This document shows positions 9,329 through 18,873 of a stretch of DNA of 64,000 nucleotides, piece by piece. Where the stretch lies: positions 3,173-67,172 of the forward strand of contig DATJZV010000090.1 in the NCBI GenBank assembly GCA_035498715.1. The letters are read 5' to 3'. Under the pieces are notes generated by a model. It was given only the letters and a program-made list of their open reading frames with translations, was not told the DNA's origin and searched no databases. The stretch's first letter is position 1. Each line of letters starts with the position of its first letter. The stretch is from Nitrospirota bacterium (GTDB lineage: Bacteria; Nitrospirota; UBA9217). The translations under genes were made by a program, and so were the position numbers.

Positions 9329-11116
9329 CTACTCCGCGCCGATGCCGATATACTCCCTGACCTTCTCGGCGTTAAACTTCTCCTGCGCCTCCTTATCCGG
9401 AGTCATGAGGGAAACAAGAATGCCGATCAGGAACGCGGCACCCATAGAGAATATACCTGGGTTCTTCATGGGGAAGATGGCCTTCGGCATGGCTGCGCTC
9501 GCTTCCTTCTTCTTCGAAGCCAGCGCTTCCTTGTCGTGCATCTTTGCCGTCACCGATGCCTGGATATCCGTGTTCTTTTTCTCTGCAACGGCTTTTTCCT
9601 TCTTCTTGAGTTTTGCTATCACGTCGGCGCCAACCATCTGCTTCTGCAGATCGGCGATCTGCGTGTCGATGGCGGCTGCGGCTGTATCGATCTCCTTGAT
9701 CTGCGCGTTCACTTTTGCAACCTCGTCCTTTTTCACGATATCGACCCAAACCGTGGGACTTAATATGATGAGCACCGTCGCTATCACAAGGCCCGTATAT
9801 ATGCTCATCACGGCCCCTGCTGTCGTGAACTTTCTCCATATGATAGACATGAGAAGTGCAGGGAAATTTGCACTCGCGGCGATCGCGAAGGTCAGGCCAA
9901 CAAGGAAAGCGACGTTTTGCCCCTTGAACAGGATGCCAAGAAGGATTGCAACTGCACCGAGGCCCACGGTTGCGATCTTGGCAACCTTAACCTCTTCCTT
10001 CTCATTCGCAACGCCGCGACGGATCACGCCCACGTACAGGTCGTGGGAAAGGGCCGACGCACCGGCCAATGTGAGACCGGAAACCACAGCAAGGATAGTG
10101 GCAAAGGCCACCGCCGACAGGAATCCGAGGAAGATGTTCCCTCCCAGGGCTTCGGCTAAGAGCGGGCCGGCCATATTGCCGCCTTTGTCGATTCCCATGA
10201 TGATCTTCTGGCCCACGAGCACAGCCGCGCCGAAGCCTATGGTTACGGTTAGGATGTAGAAGTATCCTATGAACCCCGTGGCGTAGAACACGGACTTGCG
10301 GGCAGCTTTTGCATCAGGCACAGTGTAGAACCTCATCAGGATGTGCGGGAGACCGGCTGTGCCGAACATCAACGCAAGACCGAGGGAGAAGGCTTCCAGT
10401 GGGCTGGTAATAAGCCCGCCCGGAGACAGGAACTTTTGCCCCGCCGGTGTGGCTGTAGCCGCCTGGCGGAAAAGCTCACCATAACTAAACCCGAACTTGG
10501 CGAGCGTCATGATCACGAGGATCGTGGCGCCTCCCAACAGCAGACCGGCCTTAATGATCTGGACCCAGGTAGTCGCGATCATGCCGCCGAAGAGCACATA
10601 AGAGATCATGAGTGCTCCGGTTATCACGATGGCCAACTCGAAGGGCAGACCGAACATGAGCTTTATGAGAGTTCCGGCGCCCACCATCTGGGCGATCAGG
10701 TAGGTGAGAACAACAACGAGAGATCCCGCGGCTGCTGCCGCGCGGATTGGCCGCTGTTGCAGCCGGAAGGCGACGACATCGGCAAAGGTGTACTTGCCGA
10801 GGTTGCGGAGAGGCTCCGAGATCAGGAACATGATAATCGGCCATCCCACGAGCCAGCCCACGGAGTAGATGAGACCGTCATATCCCTTCGTGGACACGAG
10901 GCCAGCGATGCCTAAAAACGAGGCGGCACTCATGTAGTCTCCCGCGAGTGCAAGACCGTTCTGGAACCCGGTAATATTTCTGCCGGCTGCGTAAAAATCT
11001 TTTGTGGTCCTTGTCCGTTTTGCGGCCCACCAGGTTATCAAGAGGGTGGAAATAACGAACAAGACAAAGAACATGATTGCAACGGGATTAGCCTGTCCAA
11101 TGATTGTCTGGGGCAT
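9329..11116 (-). CDS. actP: Cation/acetate symporter, SSF family (ActP-like) with a Lys/Ala-rich insertion before the last TM
   Basis: 595 aa and multi-TM. It lies immediately downstream of a DUF485 gene (1-nt gap) and upstream of acs. The N-terminal part follows ActP/SSF topology. Confidence 0.85.
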   Translation of the reverse strand: MPQTIIGQANPVAIMFFVLFVISTLLITWWAAKRTRTTKDFYAAGRNITGFQNGLALAGDYMSAASFLGIAGLVSTKGYDGLIYSVGWLVGWPIIMFLISEPLRNLGKYTFADVVAFRLQQRPIRAAAAAGSLVVVLTYLIAQMVGAGTLIKLMFGLPFELAIVITGALMISYVLFGGMIATTWVQIIKAGLLLGGATILVIMTLAKFGFSYGELFRQAATATPAGQKFLSPGGLITSPLEAFSLGLALMFGTAGLPHILMRFYTVPDAKAARKSVFYATGFIGYFYILTVTIGFGAAVLVGQKIIMGIDKGGNMAGPLLAEALGGNIFLGFLSAVAFATILAVVSGLTLAGASALSHDLYVGVIRRGVANEKEEVKVAKIATVGLGAVAILLGILFKGQNVAFLVGLTFAIAASANFPALLMSIIWRKFTTAGAVMSIYTGLVIATVLIILSPTVWVDIVKKDEVAKVNAQIKEIDTAAAAIDTQIADLQKQMVGADVIAKLKKKEKAVAEKKNTDIQASVTAKMHDKEALASKKKEASAAMPKAIFPMKNPGIFSMGAAFLIGILVSLMTPDKEAQEKFNAEKVREYIGIGAE

Positions 11117-11117
11117 G

Positions 11118-11429
11118 TTATCCTCCTACCTTTTCTATGACTCTTTTGACCATTTCATCATATTTCGCATTTGCCCACCAGATGTATATTCCGGTGAATA
11201 CCCATGACAGCACGATGGTCCCGACCGCGATTGGTATCCCAATCGTCGCCGCGCCGTTTTCACTCATCTTCTGCGAGATAAAGTCCTTGCCTTCCGCGAC
11301 GAGGTAGATGAACCCGAAATAGAGCACCAGCTCCAGAATCGTCAAAATAATCGAGATGGTGTTCTTCTGGCCGGTCAGCTTGATAAAATCCGGGTCATTC
11401 AAGATGTCTTCCTTTTTTAACTTACTCAT
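11118..11429 (-). CDS. DUF485 (YjcH-like) small inner-membrane protein
   Basis: 103 aa with two TM helices. It shows the conserved pairing directly upstream of actP. Confidence 0.8.
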   Translation of the reverse strand: MSKLKKEDILNDPDFIKLTGQKNTISIILTILELVLYFGFIYLVAEGKDFISQKMSENGAATIGIPIAVGTIVLSWVFTGIYIWWANAKYDEMVKRVIEKVGG

Positions 11430-11459
11430 GATCCATCCTCCTTTGTTTTGGGTTTGATT

Positions 11460-12173
11460 CTAAAAGTTGCCGAACTCTCCCGATAATCTGAAGCGATCAC
11501 CCCCTTTAAACGGTATTCCTATCTTGAGCAGATCCCCGATTTCCATCGTTCCCGCTTCGATAATCAGCGGGAGAAACCTCTGGAACAACTGGGCCGTGGT
11601 AAAAGCATCCATGAGCGCGTTATGCGCGCCGTTGACCGGGATGCCGAAACATTTTACGATATCATAAAGTCGGTAACCCATAAGCGGTGTGGTAAAGCAG
11701 TCGCGGCATTTCTGCCGTGCCCGAAGCCATTCGTACATGCTGAAAGTGTCGAGCGCGGAAGCCTTGATTTCCTGTCCATAAATCCTCTTCATCTCGCGGT
11801 TGATGAAGCCGAGGTCGATCGATATGAAATGACCGACAAGAACATCATTCCCGCAAAAATTGAGGAACTCTTTGAGGACCTCGTCAATAGCCGGTTTCTC
11901 GACGACTTCCGAAGGCATGATCTCGTGGATAACCACGCTCTGTGCCGAGAGCCGCGTTTTCGGGCTTGCGAGTTGGTAGAACGTTTCGCCCAGGTCGATC
12001 TTTCCGCCGTGCATGCGCACTGCGCCGACGGATATGATAGAATCTTTTTTTTCGTCGAGGCCGGTGAGTTCCGTGTCCAACACGACGTATGGGACATCCG
12101 TTATCGACGTCTTCGGGTCGATTCCGGGCGGCAGTTTGCGGATTCTCCTGAGCAGTCCGAACATCATCCTCAC
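11460..12173 (-). CDS. DEDDh 3'-5' exonuclease (DNA polymerase III epsilon-like domain protein)
   Basis: 237 aa. ExoI is VVLDTELTGL, ExoII is LVGHFISIDLGFI, and ExoIII is GAHNALMDA. It overlaps the upstream gene by 4 nt (ATGA). Confidence 0.85.
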   Translation of the reverse strand: MRMMFGLLRRIRKLPPGIDPKTSITDVPYVVLDTELTGLDEKKDSIISVGAVRMHGGKIDLGETFYQLASPKTRLSAQSVVIHEIMPSEVVEKPAIDEVLKEFLNFCGNDVLVGHFISIDLGFINREMKRIYGQEIKASALDTFSMYEWLRARQKCRDCFTTPLMGYRLYDIVKCFGIPVNGAHNALMDAFTTAQLFQRFLPLIIEAGTMEIGDLLKIGIPFKGGDRFRLSGEFGNF

Positions 12174-14107
12174 CAGATCAGCGATTTGTACCGCTCAATG
12201 ATCAAATCCTGGACCTTCGAAACCAGCTGAAACGCTTCCTTGATCGACCGCTTCTCGAGATGGCTCAACCGGTTCGGGTTGATAAAGTTGTCTGGCGTCT
12301 GGCCTGAGCTGATCTGCGCGTACTGGTGATGGATCCGCAGGAGCGTAATGAACTCGAAGGCCTGCTCGAAGTCATCTCCGTATTCCGTCACGATCGTATT
12401 TTTGTCGCGTAGCGTCTCTATCCGCTCGAGGGTCGAGGTCTCGCGGATCCCCTTCTCCAGCGCGAAAAGGCGCATGATATCTACGAGCGGCGCGATACCC
12501 TTGACCTTGAGGTTGAGTTCGTCCTTGTGCTCCCCGCTTTTTTCGACCACGAAGGACTTGAAAAAACCGATTGGCGGCGTGTTCCTGATCGCCATGTTCG
12601 CGAGGTAACCGAGAAACACCTTCTCGCCCTTGACGATCTCAAGCAGATGGTCTCGCAGCATGTCCGCGAGCCCGGAATCACCGCACATGGGCCTGAAATC
12701 GAAGAAAGTCACGGAGTTCATGACCGCGTCCGCGGTCGGCGTATTCACCCAGGAGGAGAAGTATTTCTTCCACGCCTTGAGCGGCTGGCACCACGTAGGG
12801 TTGCTCGCCATGTAATTTGCAGGGCATATCGGGAACCCGCACCGGATGAGGTCGTCCCGCACGTACTCGGCGAATATCTGAAAGTATTTTTTCGCCGCGT
12901 CTGCCTCCGCGTCCGTAGCCGGATCGGCATAGATAAGGGCGTTATCCTGGTCCGTCTTAAAGGTCTGCTCCTTGCGGCCTTCGCTTCCGAACACGATCCA
13001 GCAGTATGGCACCGGCGGCCGGCCGAACTTCCGCTCGGCGAATTCCATGATCTTCCGCACCAGCCGATCATTTACCTCGGTGATGACCTTGGTGATGTTG
13101 CTTGCTTTGGCTCCCTCCTTGAGGAGGAGCCCGACAATTCCGTTGATCTTTTTCGAGACGGGGACCAGCCCCTCGATCGTCTGCTGGCTTTCGATGTCCT
13201 TGGTGAGCGAAAGCGGCGACGTGCCCTGTAGCATCATGAGATCGTGGTTCGTGATAACGCCCGTAAGCTTGCCGTCCTTGATCACGAGGACATGGTGAAT
13301 GTTGTATTTGAGCATCCTGAGCACAGCTTCAAAGCAGTAGTCGCGGGCATCTACCCGTATGAGAGACGTGGTCATGATGTCCTTGACCGATTCCTGCACG
13401 TCCCTCCCCTTCGCGACCACTTTTTCACGCAAGTCCCGGTCCGTTACAATACCCGCCGGAAGGTTGTTCCTATTCATGATGATGAGCGAGCTGATCCGGT
13501 TCTCGGACATGATCTGCGCCGCCTCGCGAATCGTCGTCTCCTCCTGGACGGAGACGACCTCTTTGATGGCCATATCCTCCACGCGCGTCGTGAACAGGAG
13601 GCGGTCGCTCCCCCCGTAGAACATGCTCTTGTCCTGCATCTCGCGGTAGGTCCGGTCGATGTACTTGGTGATGTGCGACTTCAGGAAGTATTCGGTGAAA
13701 GAAAGGTTCGAGTCGAGGAGCTTAAGAAGCATCTCCTTCCCGAGGAGATAGCAGAGCGTGTCATCGACAGCCGTGATGTTCGACCGCACGCGGTCTTTGC
13801 CTACGATCGACAGGAAACCGAAGGTATCGCCTTCGCCGCGGTAGTCAATCACCACCTCGCCGCCGTCTTCGGATACCATCGAGACCTTCACCCCGCCCTT
13901 TTTGATGATCCTAAGGGCATCACTCGGGGGACCGTCCTGTTCCAGGATGACCATGTCCTTAGGATAGAATTCCATGGACAGATTCCTGGCAATGGCCTGC
14001 AAGTCATCATCTTCGAGGAACTGGAACGGGGGGACCTTTTTCAAAAAGGCCACTACGTCCTCGAGAATCATATTGCTTGCGCTGCCGGGCTTTATCGCAG
14101 ACATCAT
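12170..14107 (-). CDS. cNMP-binding + CBS pair + DUF294 nucleotidyltransferase + DUF294_C signal-transduction protein
   Basis: 645 aa. The cNMP-binding beta-barrel reads FYPKDMVILEQDGPPSDALRIIKKGGVKV...GEGDTFG. Two CBS repeats follow, then the NTase motif WIVFGSEGRKEQTFKTDQDNALIY and a helical C-terminal domain. Confidence 0.85.
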   Translation of the reverse strand: MMSAIKPGSASNMILEDVVAFLKKVPPFQFLEDDDLQAIARNLSMEFYPKDMVILEQDGPPSDALRIIKKGGVKVSMVSEDGGEVVIDYRGEGDTFGFLSIVGKDRVRSNITAVDDTLCYLLGKEMLLKLLDSNLSFTEYFLKSHITKYIDRTYREMQDKSMFYGGSDRLLFTTRVEDMAIKEVVSVQEETTIREAAQIMSENRISSLIIMNRNNLPAGIVTDRDLREKVVAKGRDVQESVKDIMTTSLIRVDARDYCFEAVLRMLKYNIHHVLVIKDGKLTGVITNHDLMMLQGTSPLSLTKDIESQQTIEGLVPVSKKINGIVGLLLKEGAKASNITKVITEVNDRLVRKIMEFAERKFGRPPVPYCWIVFGSEGRKEQTFKTDQDNALIYADPATDAEADAAKKYFQIFAEYVRDDLIRCGFPICPANYMASNPTWCQPLKAWKKYFSSWVNTPTADAVMNSVTFFDFRPMCGDSGLADMLRDHLLEIVKGEKVFLGYLANMAIRNTPPIGFFKSFVVEKSGEHKDELNLKVKGIAPLVDIMRLFALEKGIRETSTLERIETLRDKNTIVTEYGDDFEQAFEFITLLRIHHQYAQISSGQTPDNFINPNRLSHLEKRSIKEAFQLVSKVQDLIIERYKSLIW

Positions 14108-14410
14108 GCCTCAAAAATAAGCAAATTGAATACCACTTTTAGCCTGTACAGGAACATCAACCGCTCTTGGAATAGTATGAGATTATTATGTGTCCATACC
14201 CACAGGAGCAGTCTAATGCAAATAATTTAAACATCAGACGGAAGGCGACACGATCCCAGCAACAACCATAATGAAATCAATATGTTTTTGAAGTGCTGTG
14301 CTTGTTTGAATGCAGTGCGAACCGTAGAATGCAAGAGGTAATAAAATTGTGATTAACAGAAGATTACATATTATAAATAGGCAGTTACATTAAATTTTTC
14401 CATTTCATCT

Positions 14411-14498
14411 CATGCATCATGTTGCATGGGAATGACTTTTCCGACATGGATGTAACGAAAAGTAATTATTACACGGGACAAACGGGTACGAAAAGTAA
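14411..14498. repeat. Candidate operator sites in the AT-rich promoter region of the DUF294-acs operon
   Basis: A perfect palindrome CATGCA-N6-TGCATG lies at 14411..14428. An 11-nt direct repeat ACGAAAAGTAA occurs at 14455..14465 and 14488..14498, 33 bp apart. Confidence 0.3.
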
Positions 14499-14571
14499 CG
14501 ATATGTCGTATACATATATTTCAATAAACGTTGCAGAAAGAGGTTTTTAGCCTCTCAGACGAAACCGTAGT

Positions 14572-15771
14572 TCACGCGTACTGACCGGCCGCGTATCCTG
14601 ATGCCCAGGCCCAATGGAGGTTATATCCACCGAGTTCACCGGTCACATCAATAACTTCGCCGGTGAAATAGAGCCCCGACACTTTCCTCGCTTCCATGGT
14701 CTTTGACGAGAGCTCATCCGTATCCACACCACCTGCGGTCACCTCTGCGGTCCCGTACCCCCCGGTCCCTTTGGGAATGATCTCCCATGCATGAAGCGAT
14801 TTTGCGATCTGATTCAGTTCTCTGTCTGAAGTTTGATTGAGCGGATTTGTAGTCATCAGGGTATCGCACCAAATCTGCGCGAAGCGCCTCGGGAAATATC
14901 CGGCAAGCAGGTTGCGCATCTCCATTTTGCTTTGACGCTGGGAAAAGAACACGCCAAGGATGTCTGTTTCAGGGAGGAGGTCGATCTTAAGCGATGCTCC
15001 CGGCTTCCAGGAGAGCGATGTCTGGAGAGCAGCAGGTCCGCTCAGTCCCAAGTGCGTGAACAGAATGCTCCCACGAAACCTTTTCAAGCCGCTAGATACG
15101 GTCGCGTCAAGAGAAATACCTGCAAGTTTTCGAAAGACCGCCTGGTCCCGATTAGAGAAGATGAAGGGAACAAGTGCAGGCATTAGCTCCGTGACCTTGA
15201 GCCCGAACTGGCGAGCCATGTCATAGCCGAAGCCACTCGCACCAATGTTGGGGTACGATAGCCCCCCAGTGGCGATGACCAGAGAATCCGAATGAAAGGC
15301 CCCCTGGTTCGTCGTAACGGTGAATTTTTTTGCCTTCCGAACATCTGCCACTCTGCATTTGAGTCGAATCTCCACGCCCGCCTTCTCGCACTCCTTTTCT
15401 AGCATGCTGATGATATCGCGGGAGCTCCTGACGCAGAATATCTGGCCTGCCTCTTTTTCATAATATGCGATACGGTATTTCTCAACAAGATCAAGAATAG
15501 CACGGGGTGTGAAGCAGGCGAGGGCCGATTTGCAGAAATGGGGGTTTCGGGAAATGTAGTGGCCTGCCGTTACGTTCAGGTTCGTAAAATTACTTCGTCC
15601 GCCGCCGGACATGCGGATCTTCGAGCCGGTCCGCTCCCCGTGGTCCAAGACGAGCACCGAGCGGCCGCGCTTTCCGCATTCAACGGCGCACAAGAGACCT
15701 GACGCGCCTGCGCCGACGATTATGACGTCTTTTTTAGTATCGATTGTCATGCCGGGCCTTATCTCATTCAA
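14572..15771 (-). CDS. HI0933/YhiN-family FAD-dependent oxidoreductase (BaiN-like flavoprotein)
   Basis: 399 aa. The N-terminal dinucleotide-binding site reads VIIVGAGASGLLCAVECGKRGRSVLVLD...GGGRSNFTN. The C-terminal region reads FTGEVIDVTGELGGYNLHWAWASG. Confidence 0.85.
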   Translation of the reverse strand: MNEIRPGMTIDTKKDVIIVGAGASGLLCAVECGKRGRSVLVLDHGERTGSKIRMSGGGRSNFTNLNVTAGHYISRNPHFCKSALACFTPRAILDLVEKYRIAYYEKEAGQIFCVRSSRDIISMLEKECEKAGVEIRLKCRVADVRKAKKFTVTTNQGAFHSDSLVIATGGLSYPNIGASGFGYDMARQFGLKVTELMPALVPFIFSNRDQAVFRKLAGISLDATVSSGLKRFRGSILFTHLGLSGPAALQTSLSWKPGASLKIDLLPETDILGVFFSQRQSKMEMRNLLAGYFPRRFAQIWCDTLMTTNPLNQTSDRELNQIAKSLHAWEIIPKGTGGYGTAEVTAGGVDTDELSSKTMEARKVSGLYFTGEVIDVTGELGGYNLHWAWASGYAAGQYA

Positions 15772-15880
15772 TCCGAATCATTATCTCTTCAAAACAAGTA
15801 GTCCGCTACTGGGTGCCGCAGCGGCGCTTTAGACAAGCTGTCGCAGGGCATGGTCAGAAAGTCCTCCTGTCGCCGCATTT

Positions 15881-16111
15881 TCATGCCTGCTTTTGTGTAT
15901 GGCAGATCAGACATTGTTCCTTCGGCGGATGATTCTGCTTCAGGGGAGCCTGTTTTCCCGGAGCGTGGCACTCCGCGCAGGCGGCATTCATCGTCACATT
16001 CTTGTGCAGAGCATCAGAGGGGATCAACGGCGCTTTCTTGCTCGAAGAGAGAACGATGAGGACAAGAAGCACGGCCAGGACGAAGGCGATCAACGTCAAT
16101 GTATTTTTCAT
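15881..16111 (-). CDS. Small membrane-anchored di-haem c-type cytochrome
   Basis: ORF 15881..16132. The ATG at 16111 is preferred because GAGGAG lies 8 nt upstream. It has one N-terminal TM helix and two CxxCH sites (CAECH, CLICH). Confidence 0.6.
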   Translation of the reverse strand: MKNTLTLIAFVLAVLLVLIVLSSSKKAPLIPSDALHKNVTMNAACAECHAPGKQAPLKQNHPPKEQCLICHTQKQA

Positions 16112-16435
16112 ACCAATTTCTCCTCGCGTCAAAATTTAAGATTTAAAAATCAATGTTCATATTTTAATGATCAGGGCGTATTTCGCATATTGAACCATTT
16201 GACAATTATTTTCTGCTCTTCATGCATAATCCCTTAGAGCCCATAAAGATATCATCGATCTTTTCATCGATGACCGCGATTGGGCGTTCGTTGGCAGACG
16301 AATGGCCAGTCTTCTTTTTGCGTAGGCTGATTCGAAAACGCAGCCCTGTATGGTTACCCACTATTTGGGCGGATAGATAGGGCCGGATTTTCAGAAACTG
16401 CACTTAGGATATCACTGATTCTTTTTAAAGACAAG

Positions 16436-16460
16436 AGTGCATGAATAGAGTGCATGAATA
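16436..16460. repeat. Tandem direct repeat AGTGCATGAATA x2 (13-bp period)
   Basis: Read directly from the sequence: agtgcatgaata-g-agtgcatgaata, in the intergenic region downstream of the distal beta-lactamase-fold gene. Confidence 0.6.
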
Positions 16461-16569
16461 AGGGTGTTTGAATGAGGGCGCCCTGGTCGACTGGGACACG
16501 GATAAGAATGCTCACTGCGATGATCTGTGTGAAAACAAAAAGGAGACAATATTTTGGGATAGGTTCGTT

Positions 16570-17574
16570 CTAAAACTGCTGGCTGCCAATTTCTTGGTAA
16601 ATAAAGTGGGAAATCTCCGCGATGGTATTATCCAGATACTCAGGTACAGTACCTGAGGTCATCACACACAAAAGATAGGGATGATCGGGGAAATAAACGA
16701 TTCCGCAATCATGCAATTGTTTTATCTCATTGATCTTCCGCAAACCAAACTTGTGCGCGACTGTGATATTGGGAGGCACTCCAGCAACCAAACCTTTTTT
16801 GTAATCAGTTTTGACCAGATATTCTAAGGCCTTTTCGGACATTTCTCTACTTAGATATGAAGCATTATAAAGAATGCGGAAAAAAGATGAGTATAATCCT
16901 ACTGAGAGCATATAACCACTTTGGTCGTTTAGATAATAAGGGTCTGGAATACCCAAGTCATCATACGTTTTTCTGAGGTCTTTATTACTAATTGCTCCTT
17001 CAAGAAGTATAGAGGAAACATTATCAGAATAATCAATCGTTCTTTTCAGTAAGTCTTCAACTGTATAGGACCTGCCGAACAATAATTTATCAGCTACATC
17101 AGTATTTTGGTACGATTTAAGGTCAGGATTGTTATAGGCGACTTTCTGAGTCAGTAATTGGGGATACGTTTCTGCCTTTTTCAAGACAGAGATCATAAGC
17201 GGCACTTTCAGTAAGCTTGCCGGATAGAATTGCGAGTCTTTCCCTATGTCGAAAGTAAGTCCATCGTTTAGTTCACGAAAATATACCGAGACCTCGTCGC
17301 CCCATCTCCGGCTTAGGTTTTCTCTTATAAACTTTTCAAGATCATCTCTCATCGGTTTGAGCTCGGGATCCGACAGCACATGTTGGGCTTGCTCGCATTC
17401 CAACAAAGGATTTGTATAAGTCCAACCTCCCTGTCGTATCTCGATAAGTTGATGTTTTGATTTTTCCGGGATAAACCCTCTAAGCATAAACCCGACGGAT
17501 AACCCGGCAATAAGGGCCAGCGCCGGTATTAGAAATTTACGGAATGGACTTTTCGACTCAAGATTATTATTCAT
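16570..17574 (-). CDS. Membrane-anchored class A beta-lactamase-fold serine hydrolase, paralog 2 (AT-rich gene)
   Basis: ORF 16570..17685. The start at MNNNLESK (17574) is preferred because it sits just before the TM helix FLIPALALIAGLSVGFML. The motifs are SxxK = ASLLK and SDN = YSDNVS, with KFG in place of KTG. The start is uncertain. Confidence 0.65.
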   Translation of the reverse strand: MNNNLESKSPFRKFLIPALALIAGLSVGFMLRGFIPEKSKHQLIEIRQGGWTYTNPLLECEQAQHVLSDPELKPMRDDLEKFIRENLSRRWGDEVSVYFRELNDGLTFDIGKDSQFYPASLLKVPLMISVLKKAETYPQLLTQKVAYNNPDLKSYQNTDVADKLLFGRSYTVEDLLKRTIDYSDNVSSILLEGAISNKDLRKTYDDLGIPDPYYLNDQSGYMLSVGLYSSFFRILYNASYLSREMSEKALEYLVKTDYKKGLVAGVPPNITVAHKFGLRKINEIKQLHDCGIVYFPDHPYLLCVMTSGTVPEYLDNTIAEISHFIYQEIGSQQF

Positions 17575-17778
17575 AACATTATAAAGACTGCCGATCAACT
17601 TTCTGCATGCCATTAGGAGGAGTTTGGCCGGCCGGGAAATAAAACTTATGCTGTATTTCAAACATGTCCCAAACCATAATGTCACACTCGTTCATCCAGG
17701 CAAGGCTGATCTTCTCCGATTCTCCACTTTTTGAAAATCGCTTCTCGGTGCATTGGATAACGTTCTTCTTTCCGGCAT

Positions 17779-18834
17779 CTACCCTGGTAACCGTGTTTGC
17801 CGGTCTATTTCTTCATAAATGAGCATAGTGACATCACGAATTACGTTCGTTAACTTCCCAGAATCTTCCCCGCGGGCCATGACCCCCATGAGATACGGGC
17901 GGCCTGGGTAGTAAATGATCCCGAACTCATGGAGCTGTTTCATTTCCTTTTCGATGCCGCGGTCCGCATCGGCCTGCATCGACCTCTCTCCGGACTTGAT
18001 CGCACAGTCTACATTCGGTGGGATGCCTGCGACGATCCCGTCCCTGAAGGCAGACCGGGAAAGATAGCGGAGGGCCTTCTCGGACATCTCATTGCTCAAA
18101 TAGGAAGAGTTGTAAAGCACGCGAAAGAACGATGCATAGGCGCTGAACGTCACAGCATCGTCCTTCTTCGCCGGGTCATAGTTGGCATAGATGTCCTTAA
18201 AGACCCGGTCAAGGTAGCCAGGCGGGAGATTGGCCAATAGCAGTGCATGCGCATCGGTATCGTCGTATGCGATCATCCTGAGGATTAGATCGTCAACCGT
18301 ATAGGATCTGCCTTTCTCGAGAGGCCTAGCTGCTTTTGTGCTTTGCAGACTGCTTTCTTCCGTGCTGCCGGCAAAGGGTATTTTGCGGTTCAGAACGCGG
18401 GGGTATGACTCTGCCCATTTGAAGTAGGCGACCATGAGAGGCAGTTTCAAAAGGCTTTCGGGCGAGAACGGTTCCTGCTCCCGGATGCCGAACCGGTGCC
18501 CGCTTTTTAGATCCTGGAAAAAAACGGATACCGTTGATACCTCGCCCGTTTTCATTTTGCTCTGAATAAGCGCATCTACCTTATAGCGGAAAGGCTTCAG
18601 TTCGCTTTGTGTACGCGCTCTATCGGGCATCATGTTTCCGCGCGGGGGTCGTATGAACCTGAATGCGCCTCCCGTGTCAGCCGAACGTTCTTCGCTACTG
18701 TCCTCGTATATGCTGCCTAGCATCCCCGTTCCTCTGCCGATGAACGCCCCGAAGGAAAATGCCGCAAGCAGGAGGACCAGCAGAAAAGACCTTTTGATAG
18801 TTATACTTTTCTTATCGGTGTCTTTCTCAGACAT
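17779..18834 (-). CDS. Membrane-anchored class A beta-lactamase-fold protein, paralog 1 (degenerate SDN loop)
   Basis: ORF 17779..18870. The start at MSEKDTDKK (18834) has GGAGAGGG upstream. The TM helix is FLLVLLLAAFSFGAFI. The motifs are SxxK = ESLLK, YDDTDA in place of YSDN, and KSG present. Confidence 0.65.
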   Translation of the reverse strand: MSEKDTDKKSITIKRSFLLVLLLAAFSFGAFIGRGTGMLGSIYEDSSEERSADTGGAFRFIRPPRGNMMPDRARTQSELKPFRYKVDALIQSKMKTGEVSTVSVFFQDLKSGHRFGIREQEPFSPESLLKLPLMVAYFKWAESYPRVLNRKIPFAGSTEESSLQSTKAARPLEKGRSYTVDDLILRMIAYDDTDAHALLLANLPPGYLDRVFKDIYANYDPAKKDDAVTFSAYASFFRVLYNSSYLSNEMSEKALRYLSRSAFRDGIVAGIPPNVDCAIKSGERSMQADADRGIEKEMKQLHEFGIIYYPGRPYLMGVMARGEDSGKLTNVIRDVTMLIYEEIDRQTRLPG

Positions 18835-18873
18835 CGTCGTCCCTCTCCAGTGCAATAGACCGTGCTTCAACTT

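Noticed and set aside
14120-14135. TGGTAT-N5-TTGCT sigma-54-like motif just upstream of the DUF294 gene
   Set aside because: - The spacing is correct.
- The -12 element would place the TSS within 2-3 nt of the ATGATG start and on top of its GAGG SD sequence, leaving no leader.
- Two mismatches are present in the -24 hexamer.
- It is kept only as a remote possibility if the true start is the downstream MILEDVV (14071).
15881-15883. TGA stop of the small di-haem cytochrome gene, and the TGA at 3810..3812, examined as further selenocysteine candidates
   Set aside because: - In both cases another in-frame stop follows within 6-8 codons.
- The downstream sequence adds no conserved domain.
- The UGA does not align with a redox-active Cys position.
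16206-16403. 65-aa ORF in the spacer between the small cytochrome gene and the beta-lactamase-fold gene
   Set aside because: - There is no SD sequence and no recognisable motif.
- The composition resembles non-coding AT-rich DNA.
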